Source: Eledone cirrhosa (taxonomy: Eukaryota). From it: DNA of 64,000 nt. Below the pieces are notes generated by a model, which saw only the letters and a list, made by a program, of their open reading frames with translations, did not search any database and was not told the origin of the DNA. This document shows, piece after piece, positions 1 to 15,364 of the stretch. The position numbers and the translations under genes were made by a program. The stretch lies in NCBI GenBank assembly GCA_964016885.1, contig OZ024743.1, positions 273,978,001 through 274,042,000 of the forward strand, in the 5' to 3' direction. Position 1 is the stretch's first letter; each line of letters opens with the position of its first letter.

Positions 1-362
1 AAACACCAGATAAGCTATCGTGGTTTATATATACATATGTGTGTGTATGATTTTTTAAGGATGCGAGCGATCATGGGCACTTCAAAAGAACGGGTTTATT
101 CCGACTGCACAGCATTTCAGCGCCTTCCACTATAGACACGAATTAACCAATGGCTTGTGAATGGAACGTGGTGGGCATAGATTGCAGCATTCTCTCACGA
201 ATATGTATATCTGTCTGCCTGTTTATGTTTGCGTGTATGTTTTGGTTCCTTAAGCTACAAATTCGACCAAACAAATTACATTATTAAAATAAGAACCAGG
301 CTTGAATATAATACGCATTGTAATCGAATAAATCAGGTTGGTGTCCTGGCATGTCCGCATAC

Positions 363-482
363 GTTGCTGTAGTGGAGTCTGTATTGCTGTACGGGTCTGA
401 GACTTGGACACTGGCCAAGAAACTCACTCAGATGGTGTATGGGTGCTACACGAGAATGCTGAGGATGACTCTGAACATTAAT
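363..482 (+). mobile_element. RTE-clade LINE ORF2 fragment (post-RT region)
   Basis: Manual translation VAVVESVLLYGSETWTLAKKLTQMVYGCYTRMLRMTLNI matches the LLYGxEtW...GCYTRMLR motif of RTE/RTE-X elements. Confidence 0.75.
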
Positions 483-1912
483 CAGTATACACTAGGAGAT
501 AATGTAAAGGGAATTGAGACATGGAGGTGAGAGAAAAAAGGAACGGGGTTGGGGGGTGAAAATAGCCCGAGAAGGTGATTGTGTTGTAGAAAAAAGCTTT
601 AACACGCACAAACACACCACACACACACACGTGTGTGTGTGTGTGTGTGGTTCTAAATGTAATTCTCTCAATCATCACACAGTTTCCTTGTTTTTCGTAT
701 TATTCTCACGTCAAGATAAGACACCATTTCGTATTATCCTTCTCGTGTAGCGTATTAACCCGAAAACTTTCAATAACCTTACTTCCCAGCGTTAGTACTC
801 TGCACAACTCTTTCTAGCCGCTACTGTGTCTCAGGGGTAAGACCCTACATATTTATTTTGTTACCTACTATAATTTATTCCAGTCAACAAACTTTCTTGT
901 TCGTTCACCAACTTTATATTTTATACCCTGTTTACTTTCCGTAAATTTAGTGCATTATACTGTATCGTCCTAGAACACCTCTTCAAGTAAATAGAAATAT
1001 TGTTCTCCTTTCACATCTTGGTTTTAACTGTAATCTCACCTTCAGTTTAGTGCCAAATCACATCAGTGGATATTTCAGTTCGTCGACCGACAAGTGAATG
1101 TTCTTGCTGTCTCCTGGCGTAATTCTTTTCTCCTTTCTATAAAGCAAAACCATTCATATTTCGAACAATTTGTATCATACTTCAGACGTTTCAGTTGGCC
1201 AAAGTTAGTAATTGCTAGTACAAATATATTGTCTTGATGAGTAACTCTTTAATACAGCATACACATTTCTTCGAGAAACATATGTGTATTATCACTTTAT
1301 CTTTTATTCCTTTTATAACCGCTTTTAATTCACATAGATACAACTCTTTATCTAATATCTCTCGTAATATCTCTTTGTACCCTATTGCCTCGCTATTTCT
1401 GTCTGTTAAACTCTCCTAATTCCTCTGTCAAATTTTGTCTGAAAAAGAAGATTTTGTCGGTTTCTTTTTTTTTTATCTTCAATTTGCTATCTCAATATAC
1501 GTTTGACTCTTGCCATCACTTTTCGCCGATTATATTTCGCTATCGCTTTGTCTGAAAATGTCTTGCTATCTTTTGTACGTATCTCTTGCTATTGTTTTGT
1601 ATTTCACTACCGGTTTCTCTCTTAAACTCTCGCTATTTCTGTCTGTTAAACGCTTAGTGCGCTTATTTTTTCAATCATAAGCAATTTCCTGTACGACATC
1701 GAATTTTCTTTAAGAAAAAATAACTTTTCTGTGTGTATTATTTTTCAGTGCTATGCGTTATATTGTAAGTATATCATGCCAACTATTTGTTCAAGAAACA
1801 GTTATATAATATGTTAAAGCCCAATCTGATTAATTAATTAGCAAATATTTACTTACCAATGTATACGCATGGGCGGCCACACGTAACGACCACTCACATT
1901 CATACATGCATG

Positions 1913-1966
1913 CATACATACATACATACATACATACATACATACATACATACATACATACATACA

Positions 1967-1997
<31 letters not shown>

Positions 1998-2602
1998 GGT
2001 GGCTGCCAACTCGTTTTCCGTGTAGGAGAACCCCTACCGATGCGCTGAACGAGTGTGACCTTTTAGTCCAGCCAGCGACTTGAAAACTCTGGTACAAACA
2101 CTACACTTGTGACAATTATTGACACATAGTGCTGGGCTCATGGTACCATGTGACGACAAGTGCAGAGAGATCTCCAGATATAAAGCAATGCCTGTGCCGT
2201 GAAGCTTTTATAGTGAGCAAAGTCACTGCACAAAGCCAGTCCCACTCTCTTAACCAAGATGATATTTACCAAAAAGAAGAACAAGTCAACATCATTGGAT
2301 ACCATCAGGGTTGCAGGTGTTATATCAGAGTTTTCCTTCTCCTAGAATTCTGCCTTGACAAAGGCTAAGGGGTCATCTCTCCCGGTGATTTTGGATGGCC
2401 ATTGACTCTTATGAGCTCCTTTGCCCTTTGACAGGTTTTGTTTTTAGTCCTGCAGGATGTCCAAAGTCACCCTCCTCACCAAGAAACCTTGGTGGGGTTG
2501 TACTGGAATACATGTTACCAGTAGCACCAACTGGTGACCTGACATACATACATACATACATACATACATACATACATACATACATACATACATACATACA
2601 TG
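1913..2602. repeat. ~545-bp insert (about 1997-2541) flanked on both sides by (TACA)n
   Basis: (CATA)n at ~1913-1995 and ~2542-2600 bracket a GC-richer segment with no convincing ORF; looks like a retroelement UTR fragment. Confidence 0.5.
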
Positions 2603-4403
2603 CATAATGGTACTATTTCTGTTTCGTTAAACATGGCTTGCACCAAAATGACGTTTTAACCCAACATATGCTGCAACGTAAGCGGAAAATGCCATTTTAG
2701 GCTACAGCCAGCTAGGCTCAAGCAACACAGGTGATGCTTGTACTCGAAGCACTAAGTAAAGAAATGTCTTGTACTAGATGAATTCCATTCTATGAACAAA
2801 GGTGACATGTACTCAAAGGGCGTCAGTGGCTGTGATCGAGTTGCAAAGCTTTCCCACACCTAACAAGGAACAGGAATCTCAAACTTTCCGTAGATTGACC
2901 GCGAGCACAGGCACCAAAATAGAATATTTCCACGTCCCCATGCGTCCATAATTTCCTTCATTCCATATAGTTAAAAAAATATGGATTATTTAGTCTTCGT
3001 TGCCTAAAACGTTTATGTATTGAATCTTAGACATGATAGTCCTGGCCCTCGAGTCAAACAAATATGTGTGTAGAAAGGGAGAGAGAGAGTGATCCAGTGT
3101 ACCGGATGCTGCAGGCTGGTGCGTGCGCATCATATTATCCTATGTATGACTCAGTATGAATAGAGAGCTAAGCCACTTCTTACTGAATAGAAACTAATTT
3201 ATATATATTTAACGTATCGTGGACCGTCAATTACCTTAATTTGAAGATAAATAAATCCTGATAGAATCAAAGCCAATGAATCCTAGCAGGTGTAAACTAT
3301 GCATATATAATCTATTTCGTTTACGAGACTCAAACTGTTCAAGGAAGTGTTACCTCATATTCGTCCTTCTAAACCGTTTCCCAACACTTTCGGCAAAAGA
3401 ACTACCGATCTACACCCGATTAGATAAATGAATCCCAATGTGCCAAAGCGGAAAGAAGCGAAGTCGAAGACCTGAGTAAATATGACTATAAATATGCACT
3501 AAACAATATAAACCAACAATATGAAGAGCATAAACTAATATTAATTAGAAATAGGAACATTTAGCATGACTTGAAACAGTAAATATTTACTTAATAAAAC
3601 ACATCATCCGACAATCAACTTAAGGTAAATACTGATAAAAACTTGCACTGAACGAACGAAAGCAAATAAGTATAAAATATATAAGGTGATAGTTTTGTTA
3701 ACGTAGAAAAAATATTAAAATTTGTTATAAATTAAATAAGCAATTTAAGCTGAAGATAGAAATAAAATGTTAATGGATCATTTACCTCAAACTTTACTTA
3801 GATATACCAACAAATTATATAGGTACTTCAACCGATTAGAGCAGTGAACGAGTCTAACATTAGCAAAATTTGGTAAATGTGTAAGCAGTAATAAACCGGT
3901 GAACTGAATTAACATCAATATGAATTGATGAATGATCTCACTCTCCAACAGTAAATCCCATTTTATTTTTATGACAATACTCCTTAGTAAGTAGCTTGCA
4001 GATGATCTCAGTACAGGATTCAAGAGCAATACACACATGAATTGTATATATTTATTTATCTTTCTTTTCAACATTATATTCTCTCTGTCTTTGAGAGTTT
4101 TTCATCTAAATACCAGCGTATCAAATCCAAATATTCAATGCGATCAGTCAGTGGCTGGTTTGCTTTCTATTTGAAAGTTGTATTGCTAGCATACACGCAC
4201 CCGTGACAATACTCTTCATATCTACATTGTTTTTATTTGGAGACTATAATCCAAGAGAGAATATTGTAATCTGTATGATGGAACTCAGAAATATGTATTT
4301 TGCAGTGTCATTAAAGGATATATATCTTTGTCTGAGATGGCAATGAGAAACCACTCCTTTATATTTTTTCCGACACAAAAATGGTCGAATGTATATGCAT
4401 ATA

Positions 4404-4602
<199 letters not shown>

Positions 4603-7600
4603 TGTGTGTGTAATTATTTTTTTGTTTACTGCTGTGAAACTGAAAGGCATTGATAAAGTAGTAGCATAATCATTTTCCATTTAATTAATCGTCTTAGAAA
4701 TATTAGTTGAGGAGAATAGTGATATAATGTCAGTGCAGAATTGCGCGCGTGTGTTTATGAAAGTGAGTGCATGTATGTATAGATAAACAGGGAACAGAGA
4801 GCAGTTCTGTACAGAATATACGTGTGATTTTTATATATATATGCATGCATACATATATTTACGTATGCGTGGGTTTAAGATTATATGTGTGAGAATGAGA
4901 GAAATTTTCTTTAGTGGCCTAGCCAAGGAAGAATGAATAATCTCTTAAGACCTCCGACGATGGGGCTAACAACATGATGAATGGTTTGAATGCTTGCAAC
5001 AGAGTAGATTGAACTCTACCTATTGAATATACATGTGATGATGTGTATTCGATTGCAAAATCGAAATATTACCAAAAAACAGAAAGTCACTTCAACGACG
5101 TGATTCCGAACTATTTCCCGTAACCAAATTATTCATAAAAGGGTTTTGTTTGGGCGGAATATTCAGGTGAAGATACTTGCCTAAGGTTCCATGCACGTTG
5201 ATTAAATAACTTAGACAGAAAGTGATGAACTATGCCAGATGCCCATGTTTGCACCTTTCTCAATAAAAAAAAAAATAAAACACATCAATTGAGACGAAAC
5301 AACTTGGGCATTATATTGACAAACAAATTTGTTTTGAATATAACTTAATTGTTCTCATATGAAATTAGAGGCAATGTTTTTGTTTGTGCGTGTGCCTATT
5401 TGCTGACGATTTACGACAATTTTGTGTGAAGACAAAGAGTCACACTGAGCATCTTTTTGCAATGCCTTTGTTGGGGACGATAAAGGAAGAGGGATATGAC
5501 ACATACGTTATCCCCAGAATATAGAACAAGTTCAATTGCTTATACCAACTGGGCTGCGTTAAATGCAATTTATGTGGTCATGTGTGTTATATTAACCGGT
5601 TGTATACCAGCAAAGATTAGATACTATCCAACCACCAGTCTCTGTGCTGTTTCCTTCAACAAAATTCCACCTACAATTCTGGATTGAAAACATTTCATCA
5701 ATACATGTCACAGTGGAAGGGATACTGGAAAAATTGCTCGAAGAGTTTTCGGTTAGTTTCCTTTCATGTAGATATGTCACAACTTATAATAATTCTGTAT
5801 TGGTATTAAGGTTTGGAGGTGCGGATTAAAATGAGAAAATTCTCCAATCCATCAATATGTTAGTGCAATAATGGTTTCTTTTTAATTATACATCACAGGC
5901 ACAGGCATAGCAGTATGGTTAAGACATTTCTTCACAATTGCGTTCTATAAGAGTTTCAGTGCATATGTTCTGTTGTTTTTTCATTTGAATATTTTGCCAA
6001 ATGCTCGCATAAAAAAAGATTGATAATTTGCCTAAGAACAGGTAAATATTATTAAAGCCTGAAATAAAATTAGGTCATCTTGCCTATCGAAGGTTCTAAA
6101 GGCGGTCTTAGTTAATGATATACACAAACATATATATAAAAAAAATAGTGAAGTATCATAGCATTATACTCTAATTTAGTTTTTGCTGAGGGGGAAATGT
6201 TTTATACATACAGACATACATAATATGCATGTGTCTGTGTATGTGTCTATGCGTATGTGTATATGTATTTGTATGTATATGTATGTATGCGAGTGTGTGC
6301 CTATGTATATATATATGTGTGTGTGTGTGTATATGTGTGTGTGTATATGTATATATGTATATATGTGTATATGTACGTGTTTGTGTGTCTTAGCTGAATG
6401 ATGAAATGATCGTCTATTGAGGTCTCGGAATAGCTGCTAATCCCATGTTGTTATTGACCTAAGGCCTATGATAATAATTCCATATATTTTTTGGCATATT
6501 TTCAAATCCGTATCAGAGGATGAGAGATATTTTATAAATTCTGGCAACAGGTAGTGAATATATAGCTATATCAATGATGTCTGCCTATCATGGGAGGCGG
6601 AGAATTGGCACATTCGTTAGGACGTCGAATTAAATATGCCTCCGTATTTGTTCCGATTCACTGCCCTCTAATTTAAAATCCCCATTTTCATTCTGCCTTC
6701 TTCTCTTTCCGTCCATCATTTCTCCTCTCTCTCTCTATATATATACATAGATATTTCTCCATCTATTTCTCCATTTATATCCATCTCTCTCATTCTCTTT
6801 CTCTCTCTCCCTCTCTCTCTCCATTTATATTCATCTCTCTCTCCCTCTTTCATTCTCTCTCTCTTTCTCTCTATGTTGTGTAGAAGAAATCACTTGTGGA
6901 ATATATTGTCTGTTTTCGACAAAGAGAGAGATATGCCCTGCCAAGTTTTAAAGATTCAATACACGCGGTGTGTTAGAATGGCGCCCCCACGTCTCCATCT
7001 GGATTTAAGGGACCTTTACTTTTCCTGTCATGTTATTTCATCAGTGTGACTATTTTTTTCTATATGTGTCTTTAGTAGATAGTCTCTGTAATTCTCACCA
7101 AGTCATCTAGTATTAAATATATAGTTGTTGAATTAGCAAGTCATTAAACTGTCGGACATATTGTTTGTGTTATTGATCTGGTTTTCAGCACTCTGAATTT
7201 CCAAAAAGCCATGATCAATTTTACCTTTCTCCCCTTCGTGCATGATAAATTCACTTACCTGTCGGAAGAGGTGGAATGGCAGTCTTAGTATATCGAAGGT
7301 AACCTATTACGATATTAGTTTAATTATGTGTTCTAAGTTCAAATAACACTGTGGCTTACTGTGGCTATAGACTTCCCCTATTTCCCTTTTTAACACCACC
7401 CCTTCAGTACGTTTAGTGGTGGCTGTTCTGATACAAACATTCTGACTAGGTTTAAGGATGTATTTTCCCCATCCCCAATCTGTCTTGGGTGTCCTAAAAA
7501 GGATCAGAGGCATTCTGCACCCCACCCCCTCTATTTACGCGCTAACTGCAGTGTAAAAATTATAATGATTATGAATCTACTGCTTACAGGTTTTAAACTA

Positions 7601-8880
7601 ATTGTCGAACTTTAAAAACTATGCTGTACAGGACATAGCATTCTGTTGTATAGAAAATATTAGGTTAAATGTAATAGTAATTTAGTCTCGTTGAGGAAAT
7701 ATTTTGTATATGGTGTCAAAACACAAATGCGAGATATAGAAGTAGTCTTCTATTCCTTTTGAATTGAAAGTGTGTACATTTCTGATATATTTTTTATGCA
7801 TAATTTCTAACATAGGCAAAGGTTTAGTCATTTGTGTGGAGCGAAACGGTTGAGGATCAATTCCTTACTACAGAGGTACATTATTTCATCGAAACTTGGA
7901 GAAGAGAAAGTAACGTATACCTCGGCAACATTTGAAGTATACAAATCCTGCAAGGCATTTTGTTAAACTCTCTGACGATCCGCCAATGCTCCATAATATA
8001 GATATATATATAGATGAGGTGAAGTAGATCCATGAGGAGAAACGCGGAAAAAGTTAAACAGATTGAAAATTCATATAGATTTACATTTTTAAAACTTTAG
8101 TTTCAAGAGTACAACTATTTTGTACAAATATTACTGTCATGTTAACGAGAACAGTGAATACTCGGATAATAGCAGGTTTAATGAGTTCTGAATCCGAAGC
8201 ACGCCATTTGAAGTAGCTTGACATATGCAAAACCTTTTAAACAAACTAATTAAACACATCTTAATAAAATCCCTAATTACATGTGCAAGTAATTAGGCAT
8301 TCTCATCGGAGAAGCAGAATCGACATCTTAAAATGACATGTATCATATTTCGAGAAAGCGTCGGAATGCTGTGCGTTTTGTAATCATGGGATGGGTTGTT
8401 TTGTTTTTTTTTTAGAAATTGTATTCAGAACCCATATGCACAACTAATTGCATTGAAACATCGAGAAAACTTCATACTGTAACAGATGTGGCCAGATTGT
8501 GCTACATTATCAGACTGCCACTTTACAAAACTTTAGAAAACGTTTGAGAATGTATTTTTAGACGCCTTTAAAGAATATTGGTATTGTCATAGCAGGAATT
8601 TCATTGATCATATATCAATTCAATCAATGCTGACAAGGTGCTGCACAATAACAACTGTAACTTACAATATTGACAATTATTAATTACACTATTCTAATTT
8701 CTCAATATCTATGTATACTCAGTTGTATTCATTTCACAACGCTATCTGTTTTATGCTACTAATTAGGTTTCCCATTGCGTTCGCTAATTACAATTACAGG
8801 TTACATGCTACTAGACGTCTAACGATACAAAATTCCTAGTTATTGACCTGCTAGAAATAGTAGCCACATCTCCATCAAAT

Positions 8881-9071
8881 AATTGTTTCTACGTTAGGCA
8901 CAAGGCCAGCAAATACCCAGTGCATTACTGGTACTTTATTTTATCGACCCCGTAAGGATGAAAGGCAAAGTTAACCTTGGCGGGATTTGAACTCAGAATG
9001 GCAAGGGCTGTAATTCTATAGTCAAAGCATGGCGGCTGACCCTCTACCAATACTGCCAATCCACCGCCCTT
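8881..9071 (-). mobile_element. tRNA-derived SINE (octopus OK-like family), full length with 11-bp TSD
   Basis: Minus strand reads GGGCGGTGGATTGGCAG (A-box-like) ... GAGTTCAAATCC (B box) ... GCCTTTCATCCTTACGGGGTCGATAAAATAAAGTACCAGT. CATCAAATAAT occurs at 8873-8883 and 9072-9082. Several homologous copies are in the window. Confidence 0.85.
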
Positions 9072-10829
9072 CATCAAATAATACCAGGCAATCGTTAAAG
9101 ACAAAGCACATTAAATAACGTGATTCGAGATATACTAATAGGAGTATAATGATTAGAATTATTTTTGCTATATACGTTCAGTGCGGTAATAAAACTGAGA
9201 CATATTGAAACCTCAATAACTAACCGTTCTTGACTAGATATAAACTGTAGTCGAATCGAGTAGTATATTGTAGCGTATTCCATGCTATCGCTATTGCGTG
9301 AGCTGTTCATAAGTGCCATCAAAGCCACTCTCAATAATCTCATCTCTGAACCAGCGAAGCATTCAGGTTGTGTAAAACTAGTTCATTTTAACTGACTATC
9401 AATACACGAACGGCAAAACACCCTCTGTGAAACTTGCATGTACAAACACAGAGTACAGGAGTAAATATTGCCAAGCATTATATCCGACACTTCAACGGCT
9501 CTACCAATCAACTACTTTCACTAGATACATGAACAATGTTACTGGATGTAGTTATAGTCGGTAACCTGAACGATATAATATGGCTTTTATTTATACCATT
9601 CAATTCCTAAGATTTAAAATTAATGTCCATATGAAGATACACAGCAAAATACAAACAATATTTTGTTTAGTGAACAACTGATTGTTTCAAATCCACCTTC
9701 GGCCCTTTGGCTTGATCAAATATTAAATATGTATTGACGTTATATCATTAATTAATAGAGTTGATCATATTTCTGAATAAAATATTCGCTAATCCTTAAG
9801 TTGTTAAATATCATTATAAATGCTGCTGCTATTAGGCACACCAGTGCATCAATATTTCATTGGTAAATAGTTTATTTATTGGCTATTAATTTATATTCTT
9901 TCAGTTTGTTTTATTAGCAGTATCAAATGCACCCTTCAAATGTAAAACCTTTGCGCCGTTTGCACAACGCATGCCCCCACCTTCTCACTTCCTCAACGGG
10001 GGCAGAAACGAACATACATATATACATTAGCAGTAATACGCCGACGATGCTTGCGAAAGCGCCGACTTAATCAATAGAAGATTTCTTGTATAAGATTAAT
10101 AGCGATTGTGCAAAATATATTATTTGAAACGCAACGTTTATTTGTACAAAACGACACACGGATCAAACATGTCTTAATACATATATTTATTTGGTGTAAG
10201 CCTTTCTTTTCAAATCAAATACTGCAAACATTGTTCTTTGTTTTCAACATATGAAGTTTTTTTTATGATTACAAATAAATATATAACATTTTTTCCACAT
10301 AGAGTTCTGGCTGCACTTATAAAGCATCCTCTGTGTCGTTGTCATTATTGAAGATTTACTCACAAATATATTATTATTATATTCGTAATTCACGTTAGCA
10401 ATACTTAACTAATAACTACAAAAGTGTATCGACTGTTAACAGAAAAGTGTTTTACCGATTATTAGGATGTAGATAAGACAGAATTACTTTTTCTGAAAAG
10501 TGATTGCTGTCGTGTTATGCTTTTCCTAATGATGGACATGGACAATTATTATTCACTGACATAGACTGTAAATTTTCGCATGCACATTATTGTCAATTCT
10601 TTCTAATGAAATGTACTTTGTTTTCTAACAAAGCTCTTTCGAATCAGATCTGGAAATATCCAAATTCAAGATGGAAATAGTCAGATTTGACTATTAATAC
10701 TTCCCGTTTAAGGGATGGAGTTATGTAAAGAAAGAATTGCTTAAAAGCATTGTGAAAGAAGACTATGTACGGTTATAAACAAATACTATTATCAAACGGA
10801 AAATGAAATACTGAAAATGATGGTATATG

Positions 10830-11068
10830 GTGTTCAGGTACACTAGGACTCATCAAAGGTCCATGTAAAGTACATAGAATAATGTAAAATGTAAGGAAAG
10901 TGAACAGTGTATGAGTCATAATATACACACATGTATGAGTCATGATATACACACAGATACCAGGTGGCGAATTTCGGGATGCATGGAAGTTTTGAAGGAT
11001 TCAGTGTCCCGACAGCTAACAACTGGTGCAGGTAGTTTGTTCCATGCTTCAGCAACCCTTAGCGTTAA
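10830..11068 (-). mobile_element. 3' end of a CR1/L2-group LINE
   Basis: TLRVAEAWNKLPAPVVSCRDTESFK matches the RVVxxWNxLPxxVV...FK C-terminus of CR1/L2 ORF2, followed by a 3' UTR. Confidence 0.7.
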
Positions 11069-11710
11069 ATCAATGCTTGGTAAACGTATATAATTTCCGA
11101 TGGCAAGGGAGCTAATTCCACTGTAAAATATGATACTGAATTTATTTATTACAAAGAAAGTGGGATGCAATAATTACTGAAAATCAATAAAACTATGCCA
11201 AATAGAAAATAGCCTCATAAACTTTTTGTAAAAGAAAACTGGTAATTATTAAGTTGTTTTAAAGTTCAGCTGTTTTGTTTTATATTGTGACAGATATACA
11301 AACTTCCTTATATATGTGTGGAGAGAGAACATGTGTAAATGTGTATGTGACAGGGACAGTAGTGGTGTGTGTGCTAGACACTTAAATGGTCTCAATAGAA
11401 ATTGAAAAAATAAGTCGACAGTGAATAGTCTGCGTTTTAGAATGTTAAGGGTAAATTATTTCATTATCGCTTTAGGAATTTCTACTTCAGTTGATTGGCT
11501 ACATTGTTAAACGTATTTAAACTTCACTTTTTAGTTAAAAAAATAAATAGATGGAAATTTAAAATTGTGAAATAAAAGGGGTATAATTAAAATAGAAAAT
11601 GCCTAATAAAATTAAGTCTGTTCATAAAACTTCACCATATTTGAATTAATGAAAAGCTAAAATTAAAAGACAGTCAAATAAGTTATTTGTTTTTCTTTTT
11701 ATAATGAATA

Positions 11711-11822
11711 ATTGTTTCTACTATTGGCACAAGGCCAGAAAATTACCCAGTACATTACTGGTACTTTATTTTATCGACCCCGTAAGGATGAAAGGCAAAG
11801 TTAACCTCGGCGGGATTTGAAC
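11711..11822 (-). mobile_element. partial OK-like SINE
   Basis: Near-identical to the 3' part of the 8881-9071 copy. Confidence 0.85.
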
Positions 11823-12091
11823 GAATAATGCACAATAGACAAGGTTATTTTGTCCTTCAATCGCTTCCTGCTTTCAGTCATTCTACTCACTCGGGCCATG
11901 CTGGAGTGATCCCCTCCACCGTATTATTTTTAAAACGTCTTATATTTATTTTATTCATCATACCTGTCGAGCCATTACATTATGGGATAAATAACAGCAG
12001 TACTGGATGTCTGGCTATGACCGTAAATACTTATATATAGACCACCCCGCACACATATATACACTCACACAGAAGTATATATATATATATA

Positions 12092-12142
12092 TCAGATCTA
12101 GCTGTCGAAACGGCGGGAGCTCAGCCGTCGGGGTCCTGACTC
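12092..12142 (+). mobile_element. solo fragment of PLE pLTR (3' half of the U3-A8 hammerhead family)
   Basis: AGATCTAGCTGTC-GAAA-CGGC..GCCG-TC-GGGGTCC, homologous to 35840-35885; TA-flanked. Confidence 0.7.
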
Positions 12143-13337
12143 TTTCATATACATATATATATAGGACGGTCATCTTCACAGTTCCTATGAAGTAAATTTC
12201 ACTCAAAAGGCAGTAGTCAACGCATGTCTACAGTTGATTTTACTTTCCCATAGTTACATGCAGTTGGGCTTTACACGAAACTACATAGTTGGGAAGAGAA
12301 CCTCTTAACTATGTATTCATGTTGCAAAATATTAGTAACTTTCTAAATGAGCTTCGTTCGGAATAATCTTTGGAATGGTTTCCATTGACTTAGACCACTA
12401 ACTCACAAGAGAATATTATTGACGTAACAACTTTCCCTTTTATTTCCATCAACAATCACAAACTTCAATCCTGTCATCATATGTTCATATCTGTGAAGTT
12501 GAAGAAATCGATTTTCTTGTAACACAAACACGTTCTATATAGCCGAAGTGCTCAGTTTTGTTCCCACAATTTAATGTTATACATTATCTGCTTTCTTATG
12601 AGAATAAATACATATTATTGATGCTACATTTCAACAATCCTTCCTTGAGATAAATGTAGACATCTATATTTTCAATGTATTATTTAATTTTCTGTCCAAG
12701 TATTTAAACACTACCTATAGTTCTCATACTTCAGATGGACGGATGCTGTAATAAATGTTGAAAGAAATTTATGAAAACATAATCATTATATAACAAGAAT
12801 ACATTTTGAACATCATTCGAAGGATGAATGTTGAAAAATTCAATATTCACAGCTTTGATTAGGTTTGTCAGCTAAATACAGAGTGGTGAGACAATGTGAA
12901 GGAAAATTGCATTCCATAGAAATATCTCGGTATGACTATATCGCCTATAAAGAGAGAAAGATACTTTAAGTTACAAACCATGAATCACTGGAGCCTATAC
13001 ATTGCTGTGTTAGTAAAAAGATCAATTGGTCACAATAATAAAATTCGCTTTCCAATCAAGTGCCGGGTTCGATCCTACTATATGGCTTTTATCATAAACT
13101 GAGATCGAATAGCACATGTTAGAGAAATAGTTTTGAGGGGAAATTGTGGTATTTCGTCACATGGATGGTAACTGTATTCCAAAATGCATGCTTTATCACA
13201 TCCTATCGTATTAATTATGCCTGGGAATTATGTAGAAGATACACGTGAATATGCAATAGTCAATTATCTACACGTTAACTTATCGAATACAAAAACAATT
13301 AATAATAAAGAGAGAAATAAGGATCAGATGGAGGAAG

Positions 13338-13600
13338 TGCAGTAGCGAAGCCTAGGGGTACGAGTGTTAGACTTACGATCATAATGTTGTGGGTTAGATT
13401 CCTGTGGTGCGTTGCGCGTTGTGTTCATGTTGCTCCCGTGTACTCAGCTGAAAATGAGTACCAGCAATAAATGGGTGTTTAAACCGGCGATGGACTGGCG
13501 ACCGGTCCAGAGGGAAGTCTTGTACTCTCAGTCGCTTCACGCCATGAAACTGGGATAAGCACCAGCCTAACGAACCTTCTAGATTAAGACAGACTTTTAG
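13338..13600 (+). mobile_element. second tRNA-derived SINE family
   Basis: Degenerate A/B boxes (GGTTAGATTCC), then GCGATGGACTGGCG..CCAG and CTCAGTCGCTTCACGCCATGAAACTGGGATAAGC, motifs typical of conserved metazoan SINE central domains. Confidence 0.65.
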
Positions 13601-14639
13601 ATAGAGGAGGAATTATTTTTCATTGATCAACGAACTAATATAATCGCTTATGTATATCTTCCTCGAGAGATTACTGTTTTCTACAATTTGATAATTTTTC
13701 GGAGAAGGATATAGTTTTTAAACGACACTGTAATATCGCTTCTTTATTAGGATTTCAGGCTGGGTTTCATTGAAAGTTGTAATATGTGTATTTACCTATT
13801 GTAAAATCTAGTCCAAAATATACGAAAGGGTGGAATTCTCACAACTAAAAACTCTTGATGATGGACTGATATGCGAAACAATCCTTCGTTGTGTGTTTAA
13901 TACTGTGGTTTCAGAAGTTATTTTATCGCAGAGCGCATACAAATTTTACTGCTTTTATTCAAACAAACGCACACATTTATTTTCTTGAATGACATCATGG
14001 CTTCCCCGGAATAAACATTTGGAAATACTAGTATAATCTATTAACGGAATTTAAACTTATGCCGAACTTCCACACTCATTATAGCTCAGGCTATTTCCTA
14101 CAGACCATGAAGTTTTGTAAACAGAATTTAAAACCAATCGCAATCATGGCTTCGAGGGATTTCTATATTTCGATGTTCCTATTATAAGGGCAAACCTTTT
14201 CATCTACAGGTGATTTTAATGGTCTTTCTAGTGTTGACGTTGTCCCTCAGGATATGGGGTCCAATGATAAAAATAACAATTATGGACTGGAAAACGAATG
14301 CGTATGTATACATGCGTGTAGATTTGACGTTATCAGTTTGTAATCGGGAATAGATGAATGTAGGAAAGAGGAGAGTTGAATTTCGCTGAAATGGACTAAA
14401 TAGAGCGTAGGATGTTTTCTAAATGAAGTGGAAGTATCTGGAGATTAAGTTAGAAAATAAGGTTGGTATGGTGATAAATGACTATTATTGTACTATAGAT
14501 ACGCTAGAATGGAGATACACAGAACAAGAAAAACAATGTATGGTTGCATGAGCATAAGTATGTATGAATATAAACATATTTATATAAACCATATTTATAC
14601 ATGCATACGTGCAAGCACGCATATACATGTGTGTGTTTT

Positions 14640-14734
14640 TATATATATATATATTTGTATGTCTACACGCACACATATGTGCATGTGTGTGTGTTTATGC
14701 ATATATATATATGTATATATATACATATATATAT

Positions 14735-14780
<46 letters not shown>

Positions 14781-14916
14781 ATATATATATAATGTATATA
14801 TATATATAATATATATATAATGTATATATATATATATATATATATACATATATATATAATATATATATATAACATATATATATATAATGTATATATATAT
14901 AACATATATATATATA

Positions 14917-14975
<59 letters not shown>

Positions 14976-14980
14976 ATATG

Positions 14981-15056
<76 letters not shown>

Positions 15057-15308
15057 ATATGTATATATATATGTATATATATATATATATATATGTGTAT
15101 ATATATATATATATACATTATATATATATATATACATTATATATATATACAATATATATGTGCAATATAGATATGTATATATATAATGTATATATGTATA
15201 TGTGCAATATAGATATGTATATATTTAATGTATATATGTATATATATGTATAAATAAATATAAATATATGTATATAAATATATGTATATATGTATATATA
15301 TCATGTAC

Positions 15309-15361
<53 letters not shown>
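14640..15361. repeat. ~720-bp compound (TA)n microsatellite
   Basis: Directly visible; source of spurious YI-rich ORFs. Confidence 0.95.

Positions 15362-15364
<3 letters not shown>

Noticed and set aside
8095-8320. Fourth CCGAUGA hammerhead on the minus strand
   Set aside because: Core halves are ~200 nt apart and I could not pair stems I and II convincingly.
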